DNA of 64,000 bases from an uncultured Chloroflexia bacterium. GTDB lineage: Bacteria > Chloroflexota > Limnocylindria > Limnocylindrales > CSP1-4. Positions 30,671 through 39,976 of the stretch are shown here, one piece after another (within the stretch, counting starts at the first letter, position 1; every line of letters begins with the position of its first letter). Both the position numbers and the translations under genes were made by a program. Below the pieces are notes generated by a model. The model made no database searches. It was not told where the DNA came from and saw nothing but the letters and a program-made list of their open reading frames with translations. The stretch is taken from NCBI GenBank assembly GCA_963833225.1, contig CAWHXD010000017.1, positions 128,001 to 192,000 of the forward strand. The letters are read 5' to 3'.

Positions 30671-31101
30671 GCGCGACCCCGATCCAGCCGGAAGCGGATC
30701 TCGCCAACCTGGATCTCGTCGCCGAATCCGAGCGGACCGAGCCCCTCGACCAGGATGCCGTTGACGTACGTCCCGTTGGTGCTCGAGAGGTCCTCCACGT
30801 ACCAGTTGCGCCCGCGGAACGTCAGCACCGCGTGCTCCGCCGATGCGAATGGATCGTCGAGCACGATCCCGTTGTTCACGTCACGGCCGAGCGTCGTCAC
30901 GGCGTCGAGCGGAAAGGAGCCGCCGGGCTGGGGCTCCCCCAGCGGCGACGCCAGGACCACCAGCCGCCCGAGCTCAGCCGGCCCCCGCGAGGCGGTCCGC
31001 AGGTCACGGAGCACGACACGGACGACGGCAAACAGGAAGCCATAGAGCAGGACGAGGAACAGGATCCGCACGACCCAGAGCGTGAGCACAAATCCGTCCA
31101 T
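30667..31101 (-). CDS. Membrane-anchored FHA domain protein (FhaB-like)
   Basis: N-terminal TM, then LGR, SAEHA and DLSSTNGTYVNG. Confidence 0.88.
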   Translation of the reverse strand: MDGFVLTLWVVRILFLVLLYGFLFAVVRVVLRDLRTASRGPAELGRLVVLASPLGEPQPGGSFPLDAVTTLGRDVNNGIVLDDPFASAEHAVLTFRGRNWYVEDLSSTNGTYVNGILVEGLGPLGFGDEIQVGEIRFRLDRGRA

Positions 31102-31111
31102 GGGTCCGGCC

Positions 31112-32017
31112 TCAGCCAGGGAGCTGCTCGACCAGCAGGACGGTGTCGCCCAGGATCACCCGGTCGCCGGATCCCAGGACGCACTCGTCCACCCGAATCC
31201 CGTTGACTCGCGACCCGTTGGTGCTGCCAAGGTCGGTGATCACCAGCGTGCCGCGCCGAGCCTGCAGCCGTGCGTGGTGGCGCGAGATGCGCGGATCGGC
31301 GATGACGAGGCCGTTGTCCGGCGCTCGGCCAAGCGTGAGCGGCGTCCCGTCCACCTCGATGACTCGCTCGGAGCCGTCCCTCGCGGCCAGCCGGAGCACC
31401 GCCCGGGTGGGCGCGGGGACAGGGCGCCGGAAGACCACGGTCCCGGTCTCGTCCCCACGGATGCCTCCAGAAGGCGGCTTGGCGGACTCCTGCTCCACTG
31501 GCTGCCGGCGATCGAGGGGCTCTGGCGGGATGGCAGGGTCGCCCGCGGCGACGTCGACCGCGGAGCCTTCCCGTGGACCCGGCAGGTCGACGGACGCGCC
31601 CGACAGGGCCGGAGACAGCCGGTGATCCGCGACCCAGCCAGCGGGCGCCGCCACGGCATCGACCTCGATCACACCCCTGACAACCCCCGGGTCCCGGACG
31701 AGCGCCACCGTCGGCCGCCCGGGCAGCTGGTAGCTGTGCGATCTCGCGAAGGCGAGCGCTGCGTCCGCCAGTCGGTGGGCAAGGGCATCGGGTCCACCCG
31801 AGGCAGCGGCAACGTCCGCCATGTCCACGGGATGGAGCCGGACACGGTAGCGAGCGGGCACGGTCGACCGGCCCCCAACCGTGCTGCGGGCACGATCCAT
31901 TGCCCGCTCGACCCGCCGTTCGACCTGGATGGGCTGGGGATGGGCCCGGAACAGGCGTGCGGTCGAGCGCTCGAAGACGCGTTCGAGGAGCCGTTCGAGA
32001 TCGGCAAGCACTGCCAT
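31112..32017 (-). CDS. DUF3662 plus FHA domain protein (FhaA-like)
   Basis: N-terminal LERLLERVFE...QPIQVERRVERAMD; C-terminal LGRAPDN, ISRHHA and DLGSTNGS. Confidence 0.88.
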   Translation of the reverse strand: MAVLADLERLLERVFERSTARLFRAHPQPIQVERRVERAMDRARSTVGGRSTVPARYRVRLHPVDMADVAAASGGPDALAHRLADAALAFARSHSYQLPGRPTVALVRDPGVVRGVIEVDAVAAPAGWVADHRLSPALSGASVDLPGPREGSAVDVAAGDPAIPPEPLDRRQPVEQESAKPPSGGIRGDETGTVVFRRPVPAPTRAVLRLAARDGSERVIEVDGTPLTLGRAPDNGLVIADPRISRHHARLQARRGTLVITDLGSTNGSRVNGIRVDECVLGSGDRVILGDTVLLVEQLPG

Positions 32018-32178
32018 CGCTCGGCGAACCCTACCAGAGCCGGCGCGAGCAGCCCGTGGCGGGACCAACGTCCGCGTCGTCCGGTACCTCGGTGCGGGCC
32101 CCGTCGTCGAGGCGGGCCTATACTCTGGGCCCTGTTGGGCCGGAAGGCGGCCGCTGCGTCCTGTGCTTCGGGAGCACC

Positions 32179-33447
32179 ATGACCGAGATCCTCACCGAAT
32201 CGTTCTGCGAACGGTGCGGCACGCGCTACACGTTCGAGTCGGCTGCGCCTCGCAAGTCGCGCATCGGGCGGGTGAAGGTCGTGTCCAGGGGCCTCCGGAA
32301 CTACGTCCTGCAGGACGAGAGCTCCCTGAGCGAGGCGCTGGCCGACGCGCGCTCCGAGGAGGAGCGCGCCGCGACCTCGTACCAGCTCGACGCGTTCCAC
32401 AAGACGTTCAACTTCTGCATGACCTGTCGGCAGTACACGTGCGGCAACTGCTGGAACGACGTCGAGAGCCGCTGCCTCACCTGCTCGCCGCTGCCCGAGG
32501 CCGAGACGCCCGTCGTGCATGCAGCGGATCTCCCCGCAACTCCCCCGATCGTGGTGGTGGGGGCGACGGAGACCGGGACCGATCCCGAGAGTTGGCCGGA
32601 TGCCGACCTTGCTCCCGACCGGGTGGCGCGCGCGATTGGGGCGCCCGAGACCGAACCGGATGCGCCCTCGGCGCCATCGCCGGCACGTGGCGTGGCCCCG
32701 GGCCAGAGCATCGAGGACGCGGTCGCGCAGTACGAGGCGCAGCTCGCAGCCGAGGAGGATGCCGAGCTCGAGGCCGAGCTGATGGCAGGTTCCGATGCGC
32801 TGGACGAGGTGACCTTGTCCGACGGTTGGAGCTCGGCCTCGACGGGCGCGATCCGCCCCATCGCCGCGACGGCGGCCGAGCCGGAGCCGGAGCCCGTCGT
32901 GGCGGCCGAGCCGGAGCCCGTCGTGGCGGCCGAGCCGGAGCCGGAGCCCGTCGTGGCGGCCGAGCCGGAGCCGGAGCCCGTCGTGGCGGCCGAGCCGGAG
33001 CCGGAGCCCGTCGTGGCGGCCGAGCCGGCGGCAGCCGGACGCGACGTCATCGAGCAGCCGACGTGGCCGGTCCAGCCCACGACCGAGCCAGCGCCGGTCA
33101 GCCTGCCCGAGCCCGCCGCTCCCGCCGCGAACCCGTGGCTGACGGTGGCTCCCGACGATGGCTCCCCGGAGCCACAGTGGCCGCTGGCGCCCACCTGGGC
33201 GCGCACCGCCAGGCAGGACGGCCCGACGACGCTCGCCGGCCGCCAGCTGGCGCCCAACGACAACGCTGCCGCCCTGTGGGCCGCATCGGCTCGCGAGGTT
33301 CTCAGCGGTAGCTCCAGTGGCTCCAATGGCCCGCTCGCCCCAGCCGCCGCCCCGGCGCCGGCCACGCCCCAGCCGTGCGTGCAATGCGGCCTGTCGCTGT
33401 CGGCGAACGCCAAGTTCTGCCGCCGCTGTGGCACCCGCCAGGGCTGA
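32179..33447 (+). CDS. Hypothetical Cys-rich protein with N- and C-terminal Zn-binding motifs and an acidic repeat linker
   Basis: CERC, CMTCRQYTCGNC...CLTC and CVQC...FCRRCG; GGAG RBS before ATG 32179; TATACT at 32119-32124. Confidence 0.75.
   Translation: MTEILTESFCERCGTRYTFESAAPRKSRIGRVKVVSRGLRNYVLQDESSLSEALADARSEEERAATSYQLDAFHKTFNFCMTCRQYTCGNCWNDVESRCLTCSPLPEAETPVVHAADLPATPPIVVVGATETGTDPESWPDADLAPDRVARAIGAPETEPDAPSAPSPARGVAPGQSIEDAVAQYEAQLAAEEDAELEAELMAGSDALDEVTLSDGWSSASTGAIRPIAATAAEPEPEPVVAAEPEPVVAAEPEPEPVVAAEPEPEPVVAAEPEPEPVVAAEPAAAGRDVIEQPTWPVQPTTEPAPVSLPEPAAPAANPWLTVAPDDGSPEPQWPLAPTWARTARQDGPTTLAGRQLAPNDNAAALWAASAREVLSGSSSGSNGPLAPAAAPAPATPQPCVQCGLSLSANAKFCRRCGTRQG
32871..33028 (+). 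repeat. In-frame tandem repeat with 30 bp unit (one 24 bp variant) encoding AAEPEPEPVV
   Basis: GGCGGCCGAGCCGGAGCCGGAGCCCGTCGT occurs about five times with no spacers. Confidence 0.92.
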
Positions 33448-33449
33448 CC

Positions 33450-34355
33450 CTACCCGGCGTCCTCGGTGGTCCTCCACCGGACCCGCGTCCAGGCCGCCCC
33501 CAGCAGCAGCAAGTTGAAGCTGATCGAGAGCCACGCGAGCAGCGCGAACAGCGCGACGAAGGTGCCGTAGATCGCCGCCACACCGGCCAGGCGCGGCCCG
33601 ACCCACGTGAACAGCTGCGCGAAGGCCGCCAGGATCAGCCCCACCAGTACCGCGGGGGCGAGCATGGCGCGGATCGGGGGCGCCTCACCGGGCACGAACC
33701 GGTACACGAGGAACGTCGCCCCAACGAACAGCAGGAGCGCGCCGACGGGCGTCGCGAGCTGCCAAAGCGTGCGGGCGACCCCCTGGATCTCCGGCACGCC
33801 GGGAGCCAGGTCGAGCACCCAGCTGGCGAGGGATCCCAGGACCAGCGCCAGGATCGGCATGGCCACGATGATGATCGTGATCAGGAAGCCGCGGAGCGTC
33901 CGCTCGATCTCATTGCGCTTGGGCGCGCTCCGGAAGATACGGCTGAAGGCATTGTCGATGGCCGAGTAGAAGCGGCTCGACCCCCACAGCAGGCCGACGA
34001 TGCCGATGATCCCGGACGGGACGGCGCCCCTCGAGACCTGCTCGAACGCGATCCGGGCCACCTCCTCGAGCGGTGGCACGGCCCGCCCGATCGCACCCAC
34101 GATGAGATCGCGCTGCGCCGGATCCTCCACCCAGAACCCGACGGCGGATACCAGCAGGAGGAGCCCGGGCAGTAGCGCCAGCAGGGCCGTGTAGGCAAGG
34201 CCACCGGCAACCAGCCCGCCGCCGGCCCGGCTGTACGTGTCGAGCGTGGCCACGAGGATCCTGACCGCCGGGATCCGGCCCACCCGTGCTGCAACCTCGG
34301 CCCCCCACGCGCGGAGGCGCTGCGCGCGACGCTCACCTCCCGAGAGCGGGTTCAC
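33450..34355 (-). CDS. YihY/BrkB family membrane protein
   Basis: AGGLAYTALLALLP, IDNAFSRIF, VYRFVP and IYGTF...LLLGA motifs. Confidence 0.88.
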   Translation of the reverse strand: MNPLSGGERRAQRLRAWGAEVAARVGRIPAVRILVATLDTYSRAGGGLVAGGLAYTALLALLPGLLLLVSAVGFWVEDPAQRDLIVGAIGRAVPPLEEVARIAFEQVSRGAVPSGIIGIVGLLWGSSRFYSAIDNAFSRIFRSAPKRNEIERTLRGFLITIIIVAMPILALVLGSLASWVLDLAPGVPEIQGVARTLWQLATPVGALLLFVGATFLVYRFVPGEAPPIRAMLAPAVLVGLILAAFAQLFTWVGPRLAGVAAIYGTFVALFALLAWLSISFNLLLLGAAWTRVRWRTTEDAG

Positions 34356-34600
34356 GGCGTCAGGTGTCCAGGTCCTCGAACAAGCCGGGCTGGAGATCCC
34401 CGGCGTTGACGCGACGGGGCGCGGACGACGAGCGCCTTCACCTCGCCCCGGCGCACGTACCGCCGACCCCCGAGCTTGATGCTCGACAGGCGCCCGGCTC
34501 GCGCCCAGCTGCCGATCGTCTCGGGTCGGAAGTGGATGTTGGCGGCGGCGAGAATCCCCGCCGCCTCCGTCAGCGTGATCCAGTCGGCGGCGGATGGCAT
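34352..34600 (-). CDS. Small excisionase/MerR-like (HTH_17) DNA-binding protein, probable +1 frameshift near 34423
   Basis: WITLTEAAGIL...ETIGSWARAGRLSSIKLGGRRYVRRGEV. Removing one base gives the ending APRRVNAGDLQPGLFEDLDT with a stop at 34360-34362. Confidence 0.75.
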   Translation of the reverse strand: MPSAADWITLTEAAGILAAANIHFRPETIGSWARAGRLSSIKLGGRRYVRRGEVKALVVRAPSRQRRGSPARLVRGPGHLTP

Positions 34601-34610
34601 GCTCGGGGCC

Positions 34611-35015
34611 TCAGTCGGTCGTGTGCTGCTTGGGGGCATCGGATGACGTGGGCGATGCCTCCGTCGATGTCGAACCGGACCTCCCGCCATCCCTCGGGGC
34701 GCTCCCGCCCTCCTTCGTGCCGTCCGGCGGGCTGCTCGCGCCCTCCTTCGCGCCGTCGCCCCGGCCATCCTGCCTGCTGTCTCTCGAGGACTCGCTCGAG
34801 GACGACCGTGCGGCGGCCTTCGTGGAGCTGGCACTGCCCCGGTCCTTCTTGGCCCACCCGGAGCCCTTGAAATGGACCGCGGGCGCCGCGAACTGCTTGC
34901 GCATGGTCCCCTCGGACCCGCACGACGGGCAGAAGTGGGGACCAGGATCGTTGATCCCGTGGAGGATGTCAGCGCGATGGTCGCAGGCGGTGCAGAGGTA
35001 GTCGTAGACGGGCAT
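34611..35015 (-). CDS. FmdB family zinc-ribbon protein
   Basis: MPVYDYLCTACDH...CPSCG...VHFKGSGW followed by a Ser-rich tail. Confidence 0.9.
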   Translation of the reverse strand: MPVYDYLCTACDHRADILHGINDPGPHFCPSCGSEGTMRKQFAAPAVHFKGSGWAKKDRGSASSTKAAARSSSSESSRDSRQDGRGDGAKEGASSPPDGTKEGGSAPRDGGRSGSTSTEASPTSSDAPKQHTTD

Positions 35016-35071
35016 CGTTGGTCCCTTCGAAAGCCGAGCCGACGCCCCTGCGAGCCATCGGCGTGAGGATC

Positions 35072-35824
35072 TCAGCCGCGAAGCAGCCGCATCCCGCATT
35101 TGGGGCAGTAGAACGCGCGCTCGTGGCCGGAGGCGAAGCCGCAGTGCGCGCAGACCAGGCCCCCGCGACCCGCGGCGGGCACCGGTCGGTCCACCGCGGT
35201 CAGGCCCATGGCGTACTGGCTCGCGAGGATGTTGGTCAGGATGCCGCCCAGGATCCTCGAGGCGATCCGGTCCGTGTCCCCCCGAACCCCCTTGCCGCCC
35301 CAGCCGACGACACCTCGAACGATCATGTCGCCCGTCGCCTCGTCCCAGTGGGATGCAAGCCCGCCGATCACCGCGCTGTAGTCCGGATAGCCGGACGTGT
35401 CGGTCTCACCTTCCAGCAGCGAGCAGACGAAGGTGTCGAAGGCCAGGTCCACGGCGTCGATCGACTCGAGGACCACGAGCGCGTGCCGGGTCACGGGGCT
35501 CAGCTCGTGATGCGCGTTGAGCCACTGCATCGCCTCCGACGGGCGCGCGATCACCGGCACCGCCTGCGCGAACTCGAGGGGCAGCGGCTCGACGACCTCG
35601 ACGGGGTGGCGAGCCAGGCCGTCGAGCATGCGTGGGAGCTCGTCCATCGCGCGTCCGCCAACCGCTCGCATCCGGACGCCCTCCGTGCTCTTGCCCGCGT
35701 AGTAGAGCTTGAGCTGGTACTCCTGGGCGACGATCTCCTCCGGCAGCCCCGGCGCGGCGGTCGGCTGACGGGCGGCGCTGGCCTTGCTGGAATCGCCCTT
35801 GCGCTTCAGGAACTCGAGGGGCAC
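35072..35824 (-). CDS. Hypothetical protein with C-terminal zinc ribbon
   Basis: Ends CAHCGF...FYCPKCGMRL; GGAGG RBS; TGnTAGGAT upstream at about 35864-35872. Confidence 0.75.
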   Translation of the reverse strand: MPLEFLKRKGDSSKASAARQPTAAPGLPEEIVAQEYQLKLYYAGKSTEGVRMRAVGGRAMDELPRMLDGLARHPVEVVEPLPLEFAQAVPVIARPSEAMQWLNAHHELSPVTRHALVVLESIDAVDLAFDTFVCSLLEGETDTSGYPDYSAVIGGLASHWDEATGDMIVRGVVGWGGKGVRGDTDRIASRILGGILTNILASQYAMGLTAVDRPVPAAGRGGLVCAHCGFASGHERAFYCPKCGMRLLRG

Positions 35825-35888
35825 GGCGTCCTCCGGGCGACGGCATCGCGGTGGTCAGCCGTCATCCTAGCAGCGCCGGCGCGTCGCC

Positions 35889-37931
35889 TCACCGGCCAGG
35901 GGGCGTCCGCCGCCTCGCGGTCACCGTCGTCGCGTCGCTGGCGACCAGCCAGCGCACGCCACGCGGTGGAACCTCCACCGGCTCCCCCACGGGGTGCGCC
36001 GACCGATCCAGCAGATCGATGATCCGATCCGTCGGCGAGGGCGGCAGCAGGTCGGCCGCGACGGTCCTCGGTTCGTCGGCGAAATTACTGACGGCGAGGA
36101 GCGACCCGATCGGATGGTCGCGCCGGAACGCGAACACTGCCGGGTCGCCAGGCTCCACGACATCGAGCGGCACCGCGGCATGGAGCTGCGCGGCCGATTG
36201 CCGGGCGGCGATCAGGTGGCGCAGATCTCGATAGATCCGCCCCGCGACCGTCCCACGCCGGAGACGGCGCCGCGCCGCCGACCAGTCCATGCGCGGCCGG
36301 TGCAGCCACCGGTTGTCGCCACGATGGGCCGGATCGTCGACGTACCCGTCATCATTGCGCATACCCAGCTCGTCGCCCATGTACAGCAGGGGCAGCCCAT
36401 CCCAGGCCAGGATCAGGGCGTGTCCCAGGCGGATGCGCTCGATCGCCGCGTCGACCAGATCGGGGGCGTCGGCCTCGAGCGCGGCCTCGAGACCGGCGAG
36501 GCTGGCGAACGACCCGCTGATCCGGCTGTCGCCCGTGGATGGCACGTACTGGAAGACCGCCCCGCGAGCGAAGCTTCCGGGAAAGCGACCCGCGTAGAAC
36601 TGGGACAGGAAGCCCCGGTGCGAGGGGCCGCCCCAGCCGACCGCCTCGGCCGCCTCATTCATGATGGCCCAGCCGATGTCGTCGTGGCACCGAATGTAGG
36701 TGGCCCACGCGGTGTTAGATGGCTTCCGCGGCAGGCCACCAAGCACCTGGGTGGCCAGGCGCGCATCGCGGGTTGCCAGCGCGGACCAGAACTGGACCAT
36801 GAGGCTGTTGTGGTACGCCATGTCCGAGACCCGGCCGTGGTGGCGCCCCTCGCCCAGGTAGCGAGTCAGGTCACCCGGGCCAACGATCGCCTCGGCCTTG
36901 AAGATGATGGCCGGGGCGACGATGCGGGCGCAGGCTCGCAGCGCCTGGAGCAGATCGTGGACCTCCGGCTGGTTCTGGCAGTTGGTGCCCAGCCGCTTCC
37001 ACATGAACGCGACCGCATCGAGGCGGAATACCTCAACCCCGCGGGCGGCCAGCGCCAGGAGCACATCGAGCATCTCGAGAAAGACGCTCGGGTTCGACCA
37101 GTTCAGGTCCCACTGGAAGGCGTTGAAGGTGGTCCAGACCCACCGCCCATCGGGTAGCTGGGTGAAGTTGCCGGGGGCCGTCTCCGGGAAGGTCTCCGGC
37201 AGCGTCCGCTCCCATCGGTCAGGCTCCGTCCGGTCCGGATAGACGTAGTACATCGCCGCCGCCTCGGCGTCGCCCGCCGCGGCCGCCACGGCCCAGGGAT
37301 GCTCGGCCGCCGTGTGGTTGAGGACGAGGTCGATGCACAGGCTCATCCCGCGATCGCGGAGCCGATCGCACAGGTGCTCGAGATCGTCCATGGTCCCGAG
37401 CTCCGGCTCGACCTGGCGGTAGTCAGCAACTGCATAGCCGCCGTCCGTCTCGCCAGAGCGGCTGCGGAGCAGCGGCATCAGGTGCAGGTAGCGGATGTCC
37501 AGCTCGGAGAGATAGTCAAGATGCTCCGCGACGCCCGCCAGCGACCCTCCGAACCGGTCCGCGTAGCAGACATAGCCGATCATCGACGGATCCTGGAACC
37601 AGTCGGGCCGGATCGTCCGCTCCAGGTCCAGTGACACCAGTGCCGGGGGGCGCTCCCGGTAGCGGTCCGCCATCAGCTCGACCAGCGACACCAGCGCGGC
37701 GCTTCCACGGGCATGGGGGCCGTAGACGTTCACCCACGGCTCTGCAAGGTCCGGCCACCACCGGGCGAGCCTGACCAGGAACAGCTCGACATCGCGGGCG
37801 GGCATCCCAGCCAGTCGCCGTCGCGCGACCGCGGTGGCGGTGACCAGGTCGAGGAACGGAACCGGCGACCCAGGGGAGGAGTCCCGGGACGCCGGGTTCC
37901 GCTTCCTGCGCGACGACGATCCTCGGGTCAA
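35889..37931 (-). CDS. GH13 glycoside hydrolase, amylosucrase-like
   Basis: DGGYAVADY, DLVLNHT, FRLDAVAFMWK, FKAEAIV, IRCHDDIGW and DNRWLHRP motifs. Confidence 0.88.
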   Translation of the reverse strand: MTRGSSSRRKRNPASRDSSPGSPVPFLDLVTATAVARRRLAGMPARDVELFLVRLARWWPDLAEPWVNVYGPHARGSAALVSLVELMADRYRERPPALVSLDLERTIRPDWFQDPSMIGYVCYADRFGGSLAGVAEHLDYLSELDIRYLHLMPLLRSRSGETDGGYAVADYRQVEPELGTMDDLEHLCDRLRDRGMSLCIDLVLNHTAAEHPWAVAAAAGDAEAAAMYYVYPDRTEPDRWERTLPETFPETAPGNFTQLPDGRWVWTTFNAFQWDLNWSNPSVFLEMLDVLLALAARGVEVFRLDAVAFMWKRLGTNCQNQPEVHDLLQALRACARIVAPAIIFKAEAIVGPGDLTRYLGEGRHHGRVSDMAYHNSLMVQFWSALATRDARLATQVLGGLPRKPSNTAWATYIRCHDDIGWAIMNEAAEAVGWGGPSHRGFLSQFYAGRFPGSFARGAVFQYVPSTGDSRISGSFASLAGLEAALEADAPDLVDAAIERIRLGHALILAWDGLPLLYMGDELGMRNDDGYVDDPAHRGDNRWLHRPRMDWSAARRRLRRGTVAGRIYRDLRHLIAARQSAAQLHAAVPLDVVEPGDPAVFAFRRDHPIGSLLAVSNFADEPRTVAADLLPPSPTDRIIDLLDRSAHPVGEPVEVPPRGVRWLVASDATTVTARRRTPPGR

Positions 37932-38773
37932 CCCTTGACCGAGCCGGCGAGCAGCCCCCGGACGAAGTAGCGCTGCAGGCCAAGGAACACAGCCACGGGC
38001 ACGATCATCGACACGAAGGCCCCGGCCGTGAGCAGCTGCCAGTCCTGGCCCTTGGTGCCCGTCATGGACACCAGCCGCTGGGTCATCACCGCGACGTCCG
38101 CGCTGGTGCCCAGGAAGGTGGCCGCGACCAGCAGGTCATTCCAGACCCACAGGAACTGGAAGATCGCGAACGACGCCAGCGCCGGCACCGAGAGCGGCAG
38201 GATCAGCTTCGTGAACGTCGTGAAATGTGACGCCCCGTCGAGCGACGCGGACTCGATCAGATCCTTGGGCAGCTGGCTGATGTAGTTGTAGAGCAGGTAG
38301 GTCGCCAGGGCCAGGCCGAACCCGGCGTGCGCGAGCCAGACGGCGAGGAACGTCCCGTTCAGGTCGATCAGGAGATAGGCCTTGAGGACGGGGATCAGCG
38401 AGATCTGGAGTGGCACGACCAGCAGGCCGACCACCGTGATGAACAGGATCCGCCGGCCCGGGAACTGCATCCAGGCAAACCCGTAGGCGGCGAACGCCGC
38501 GATGAGGATCGGGATGGCCACGGCCGGGATGGTGACGGCGAGCGTGTTGAGGAACGCCGTCGCCAGGCCGTCGCCACCGAACAGGACCTTGTCGTAGTTG
38601 TCGAGCGTGAAGCCGCCCTGTCCAAAGGCCGCCCACCAGCCCGAGTTCGAGATGGCCTGCTTGTCGCGGAACGAGGTGACGAACAGGCCGATGGTCGGCA
38701 CTGTCCAGATCACGATCAGGAACACGACCGTGAGGTTGATCGCTACGCGTGACCAGGTGATCCGTCGCATCAC
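37928..38773 (-). CDS. Carbohydrate ABC transporter permease (AglG-like)
   Basis: EAA loop LIESASLDGAS and FLWVWNDLL. Confidence 0.9.
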   Translation of the reverse strand: MMRRITWSRVAINLTVVFLIVIWTVPTIGLFVTSFRDKQAISNSGWWAAFGQGGFTLDNYDKVLFGGDGLATAFLNTLAVTIPAVAIPILIAAFAAYGFAWMQFPGRRILFITVVGLLVVPLQISLIPVLKAYLLIDLNGTFLAVWLAHAGFGLALATYLLYNYISQLPKDLIESASLDGASHFTTFTKLILPLSVPALASFAIFQFLWVWNDLLVAATFLGTSADVAVMTQRLVSMTGTKGQDWQLLTAGAFVSMIVPVAVFLGLQRYFVRGLLAGSVKG

Positions 38774-38780
38774 ATCGCCC

Positions 38781-39890
38781 TCAGATCGCCCGGCCGCGGA
38801 ACTGCCGGAGGTTGTACCAGATCACCGGGGTGACGGCGACCAGCAGGATGATCGCCAGCGCTGAGCCTCGCCCGGCATCGAGGAAGATGAACGCCTGTTT
38901 CCACATCAGGGTCGCGATGACCTGGGTGTTGAAGTTGCCATTCGTCATCGCGGTGACGATGTCGTAGATCTTCAGGGTCAGGATCGCGATCGTCGTCGCC
39001 ACCGTCACGATGGTGGGCCAGATGGTCGGCACGACCAGCCGCCGGAAGATCTGCCATTCGCCGGCCCCGTCGATCCTGCCCGCCTCGAGCATCTCGTCGG
39101 GGACGCCCTTGAGCGCCGCCGAGATGATCACCATCGCGAAGCCCGTCTGGCCCCACACCAGGATCACGATCAGCAGGATCGTGTTGAGCGGCTCGCCCGT
39201 CAGCCAGGAGACCGGCGAGATGCCGAACTGGCCAAGGATGGCGTTGAGCAGCCCGATCTGCGGCTGGCCCTCCGGCTGGAGCGACAGGACGAACCGCCAG
39301 ATCACGCTGGCGCCCACGAACGAGATGGCCATCGGGAGGAAGATCAGCGTCTTCGCGAGGCGGTCGATGCGCGACCGCTCCACCAGCACGGCGATGGCCA
39401 GGCCCATCGCGGTGCTGAACCCGGTCCCGAACACCAGCCACAGCACGTTGTTGCGGATCGCGGTCACCATCTCGGGGTTGGTGAACGAGTAGACGTAGTT
39501 GTCGACGCCGACGAAGTCCTTGCCGTTGGCGCCAAACAGGCTCCCCCAGAAGGTGAGCACGGCGGGAACCAGCAGGTAGAAGGTCAGGATGGCCACGGCC
39601 GGCCCAACGAAGACGAACGGAATGATCCGGCGCTGCCAGGCAGACGGCAGCTTCTCGGTCATCCAGTTGGCCACGACGTAGAGGAGGGCGACCCCACCGA
39701 TCCCCCAGACGATCGCCACGGCCACGATCACGAGCTTTGGGGCGCCGCTGTCCCGCAGGAACATGAAGCCTGCCCACAGGACGATGAAGGCCACGATGGG
39801 GACGAAGATCGAGACGACGACCCGGCCGACGCCTGTCGCGAGTCCCTGCCCGATGCCGCGCGCCGGGGGCACGGCACTAGCCTGCTGCAT
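38781..39890 (-). CDS. Carbohydrate ABC transporter permease (AglF-like)
   Basis: FVGVDNY, FLPMAISFVGASVIW and EAA loop MLEAGRIDGA. Confidence 0.9.
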   Translation of the reverse strand: MQQASAVPPARGIGQGLATGVGRVVVSIFVPIVAFIVLWAGFMFLRDSGAPKLVIVAVAIVWGIGGVALLYVVANWMTEKLPSAWQRRIIPFVFVGPAVAILTFYLLVPAVLTFWGSLFGANGKDFVGVDNYVYSFTNPEMVTAIRNNVLWLVFGTGFSTAMGLAIAVLVERSRIDRLAKTLIFLPMAISFVGASVIWRFVLSLQPEGQPQIGLLNAILGQFGISPVSWLTGEPLNTILLIVILVWGQTGFAMVIISAALKGVPDEMLEAGRIDGAGEWQIFRRLVVPTIWPTIVTVATTIAILTLKIYDIVTAMTNGNFNTQVIATLMWKQAFIFLDAGRGSALAIILLVAVTPVIWYNLRQFRGRAI

Positions 39891-39930
39891 CCCTCGAACC
39901 CTCCTCCCGCCACACGACCGGCAAATCAGC

Positions 39931-39961
39931 AGTGGCGGAGCCGCCGGCGGGCTCCGCCACT
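39931..39961. terminator. Intergenic hairpin between the solute-binding protein and first permease gene
   Basis: AGTGGCGGAGCC-n7-GGCTCCGCCACT perfect inverted repeat with no U tract on the minus strand; may instead be an mRNA-stabilising stem. Confidence 0.55.
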
Positions 39962-39976
39962 TGTGCTACCGCTGGC

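Noticed and set aside
32871-33028. 30-bp repeats as a possible CRISPR array
   Set aside because: Units are head-to-tail with no unique spacers, are in-frame multiples of three inside a CDS, and no cas genes are present.
34352-34600. Excisionase marking a mobile element
   Set aside because: No recombinase or att-like repeats nearby; stand-alone HTH_17 regulators are common chromosomal genes.
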